64,000 nt of DNA from the human T2T-CHM13v2.0 reference genome, Homo sapiens, in the NCBI RefSeq assembly GCF_009914755.1, contig NC_060929.1; one strand, given 5' to 3'. The position numbers and the translations under genes are program-made. Under the pieces are notes generated by a model, which had not been told where the DNA came from, did not search any database, and saw nothing but the letters and a program-made list of their open reading frames with translations. Position 1 is the first letter of the stretch; each line of letters starts with the position of its first letter. Below, one piece after another: positions 61,241 to 64,000 of this stretch.

Positions 61241-62602
61241 CTCATTCATAATAAAGCATTTTTAAGCTTAGCCAGAGCATGTTGAGGGAGACAGTGTCAT
61301 CCTGGGCTTAGATCAAGGGACTCAGAGAATCAGATCCAATTAATTAGCACAACTTCCTCCCCACCTGTGGCTCTGTCATAGTCACCTCTCCAGGCAACCA
61401 TTGGCCCCCCTTCCACTGGGCCCCTCCTACTTGCATTTACACCTCCCCTAGGACCAGAAGAAGGCCTTACAAGGTAAGTATTTCCTGTGAGCAATATCCC
61501 CATGTGATGGAGCAGCCTGCAGGAGGATACTGAAAAGGCTTCAGTTGGCTCACAAGATGGTGGGGGACAAGAATAGATGCCCACCCCAAGCAGTTGCTTT
61601 CCCTTGGATGTGATAAGACAAGATCTGATTACTACACAGAAATAGCTCTTATTACTACATCAGAAATAGGGTATTATGATAATTTCTGAGAATTGTTTTC
61701 ATTAAAACCAAAAATTATAGCATGTAAGACATTAGCTAATAGCATTTGTAAGGTTGGCACAAGTGATTATTTCTAGTACCAGGAGATAATAGAAGGCTCT
61801 TGTAGTGATGACTAGACCACACAAAATATCACATCCACAGTCATGAATAGTATCTTATTCTGCCTGTCATTTCTCAAGTCGTATTTCTCTGCATAATCCA
61901 GTTTTTGTCCCTGTTTCTTCCCCGAAGAAGTGAGTGTTGGGAATTAAGCCAAGAATCTGTAGCAGGACAATTGACATAAACCTGGTGACTACGACTCCTC
62001 CTGACAGTGAGATCTTCTCAATCCATCTGATCTATTTGGTGACATTTATTTGGCAGGTTTAAAGGAGTGAAATACAGAGAGCTGTCTGGGTTTTGCAGGA
62101 AACTCTTGCCTCTTTATTATTCCTGTGTTCTCAGGTGGTGTCATGATTCATAATTCATTTTAAGCTGAGTATTTGTGGCTCTTATCAAACAAACCTTGTT
62201 AATTTCATCAAGTTGGGTCAAGTAAGGATAAAAGGAAGAAACTAAGAGAAAATTTAGTTGGAGCTATAAGCCTATAGACTGTTAGGAGTCATTCAGGAAG
62301 TGATAAATGCCAGTTAAAAGGTACTCATATTGTTTTCTGGTCTAAGCTGTGTTCATAAGCATTATAATCATTGGGTTTTTTTTTTTTTGGTTTCTTTTTT
62401 GTTTGTTTGCCAGTCTTATTGCAGTATAATTGATAGATAAAAATTGTACATTTTAATTGAGCCGTGTTTAGGCTTCCAGTTTAAAAAATTAAATAAGCAA
62501 TACAATGAGTTGTTACAGTATTTTTGAGACCTGTTTAAGGCAAGTTTCAGATGATTATAAATAAGCTTTTTGAGATTTCAGCATTTATTTATTTTGACCC
62601 AT

Positions 62603-62966
62603 TTATATGGTTCGGTTATATCTCCACTCAGATCTCATCTTTATTGTAGTTCCAATAATCCCCACGTGTCATGGGAGGGACTAGATGGAGATAACTGAAT
62701 CGTGGGGGCAGTTTCCCCCATCCTGTGATATCCTTGTGATAGTGAGTCAGTTCTCACGAGATATAATGGTTTTATGAGGGGCTTCCCCTTTGCTGGGCAC
62801 TCATTCTGTCTTTCGCCACCCTGTGAAGAGGTGCCTTCTGCCATGATTGTAAGTTTCCTGAGGCCTTCCCAGCCATTCAGAACTGTGAGTCAATTAAACC
62901 TCTCTTATTTATAAATTACCCAGTCTTGGGTGTTTTTTCATAGAACCGTGAGAATGGAAGAATACA
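62603..62966 (+). mobile_element. THE1 (THE1C/D-like) solo LTR
   Basis: 'atatggttcgg...ccatgattgtaagtttcctgaggccttcccagcca...gagtcaattaaacctct...aataca'; TSD cccat/gccat. Confidence 0.9.
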
Positions 62967-62974
62967 GCCATTCT

Positions 62975-63745
62975 ATATATATTTGGTGAGTTCTTCCTAT
63001 GTGTCCAGCACCACGCTAGTGTTGGAAAAGCTGATAAATATGACCAAACAGTTCCTACCTGCAGTGGACCTCACTATCTAATAAGAAAGAGAAAAAGAAA
63101 TAAACATAATAATTTCAAATTTGTAAAGTTCTATAAGGTTTAATAACAGAGTGTCAAGAGACAGACTAACGTGGGAGGGAGGGAGGGAGGAAGGGAGCAG
63201 CCTTAGGTAGGGTAATCATGGAAGGCTTCTCTGGGGAGGAGGCTTGTAAATGGAGAAGGAGGTGGAACCATAGGAAGGATGAGAAGCCATGCAAATAGAG
63301 AAAAAAACAGTATTCCAGGAAGAGGAAACAGGATGTGAAAAGACCCTGCAGAGGTAAAGAGTCCTTTACTGAGCTAGAGAAGCCTGAATACAGGCACTAT
63401 ATTGGAGAGGGTGATACTGGAAACCAATAATTGAAATATCTATGAAACATTGAAGTGGAAATGTCAAGTAGGCAATTGGATAAAGAGTCTGGAGTCCACA
63501 AATAAGGTCAGGGCAATGCACAGTAGAGACCTGTTAGCATGTCCATAAACACTTTAAAACAATGTAGTGAAAGATTGCCCAGGAAAAGAGTACAGAGAAG
63601 AAACTCAGATATTGAGCTATCAGTGCAGAAGTAGGAGCCCACAGAAGAGTCAGCCCAGGAGGAGAAAAACTGGAGGAACGGCTTCTTTGAGAAGCCAAAG
63701 GAAGGGAGAGAGGGACCAGTTCAGAATGGTGGAATGATGAGCACA
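62975..63745 (-). mobile_element. L2 fragment
   Basis: 'cctatgtgtccagcacc', 'tattccaggaagaggaaacagga', 'gtggaaatgtcaagtaggcaattggata..gagtctggag'. Confidence 0.78.
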
Positions 63746-63804
63746 TGCATTTCTCCCCTTTCTATACCAAGACTCTAGCAAAAAATAGCAACTTTTTTTA
63801 AAAA

Positions 63805-64000
63805 TTTTCTTTTGAGAATGGCTCTTACTCTGTCTCCCAGGCTGGAGTACAGTGGCACAATCCTGGCTCACTATAACATTGACCTCCCTGGGCTTAGGTG
63901 ATCCTGCCACCTCAGCCTCCCTAGTAGCTGGTACTACAGGCATGCACCACCATGCCTAGATAATTTTTGTATTTTGTATACAGATGGGGCTTTGCCATGT
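63805..64000 (-). mobile_element. AluJ (cut by the window end)
   Basis: 'ttgacctccctgggcttaggtgatcctgccacctcagcctcc' AluJ-type. Confidence 0.9.

Overview
This is AT-rich, repeat-dense primate (human-like) genomic DNA, intronic or intergenic in character. I find no intact protein-coding gene, tRNA/rRNA gene or CRISPR array; the listed ORFs are repeat-derived or chance ORFs. Most of the window is L1, L2, MIR, Alu, MaLR/ERV LTRs, Tigger/MER DNA transposons and microsatellites. The most informative locus is 27412-32126, a processed NDUFA5 pseudogene with its own target-site duplication (TSD). Its AT-rich 3'UTR was hit by three later insertions, each with a TSD: an Alu, an L1PA7/8-like 3' fragment, and a 2.4-kb insert that reads as an L1 3'-transduction with a twin-priming 5' inversion, polyadenylated at an LTR16-like AATAAA. 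Other notable items are a ~40-bp inverted repeat pair in unique DNA ~1 kb apart (7622/8683) bracketing a candidate exon, a nested double palindrome (48259-48299), a micro-inversion inside an L1PB (1036-1082), and candidate micro-exons and recursive-splice motifs. Repeat subfamily names come from recalled consensus sequences and were not verified by a search; boundaries of old repeats are approximate.
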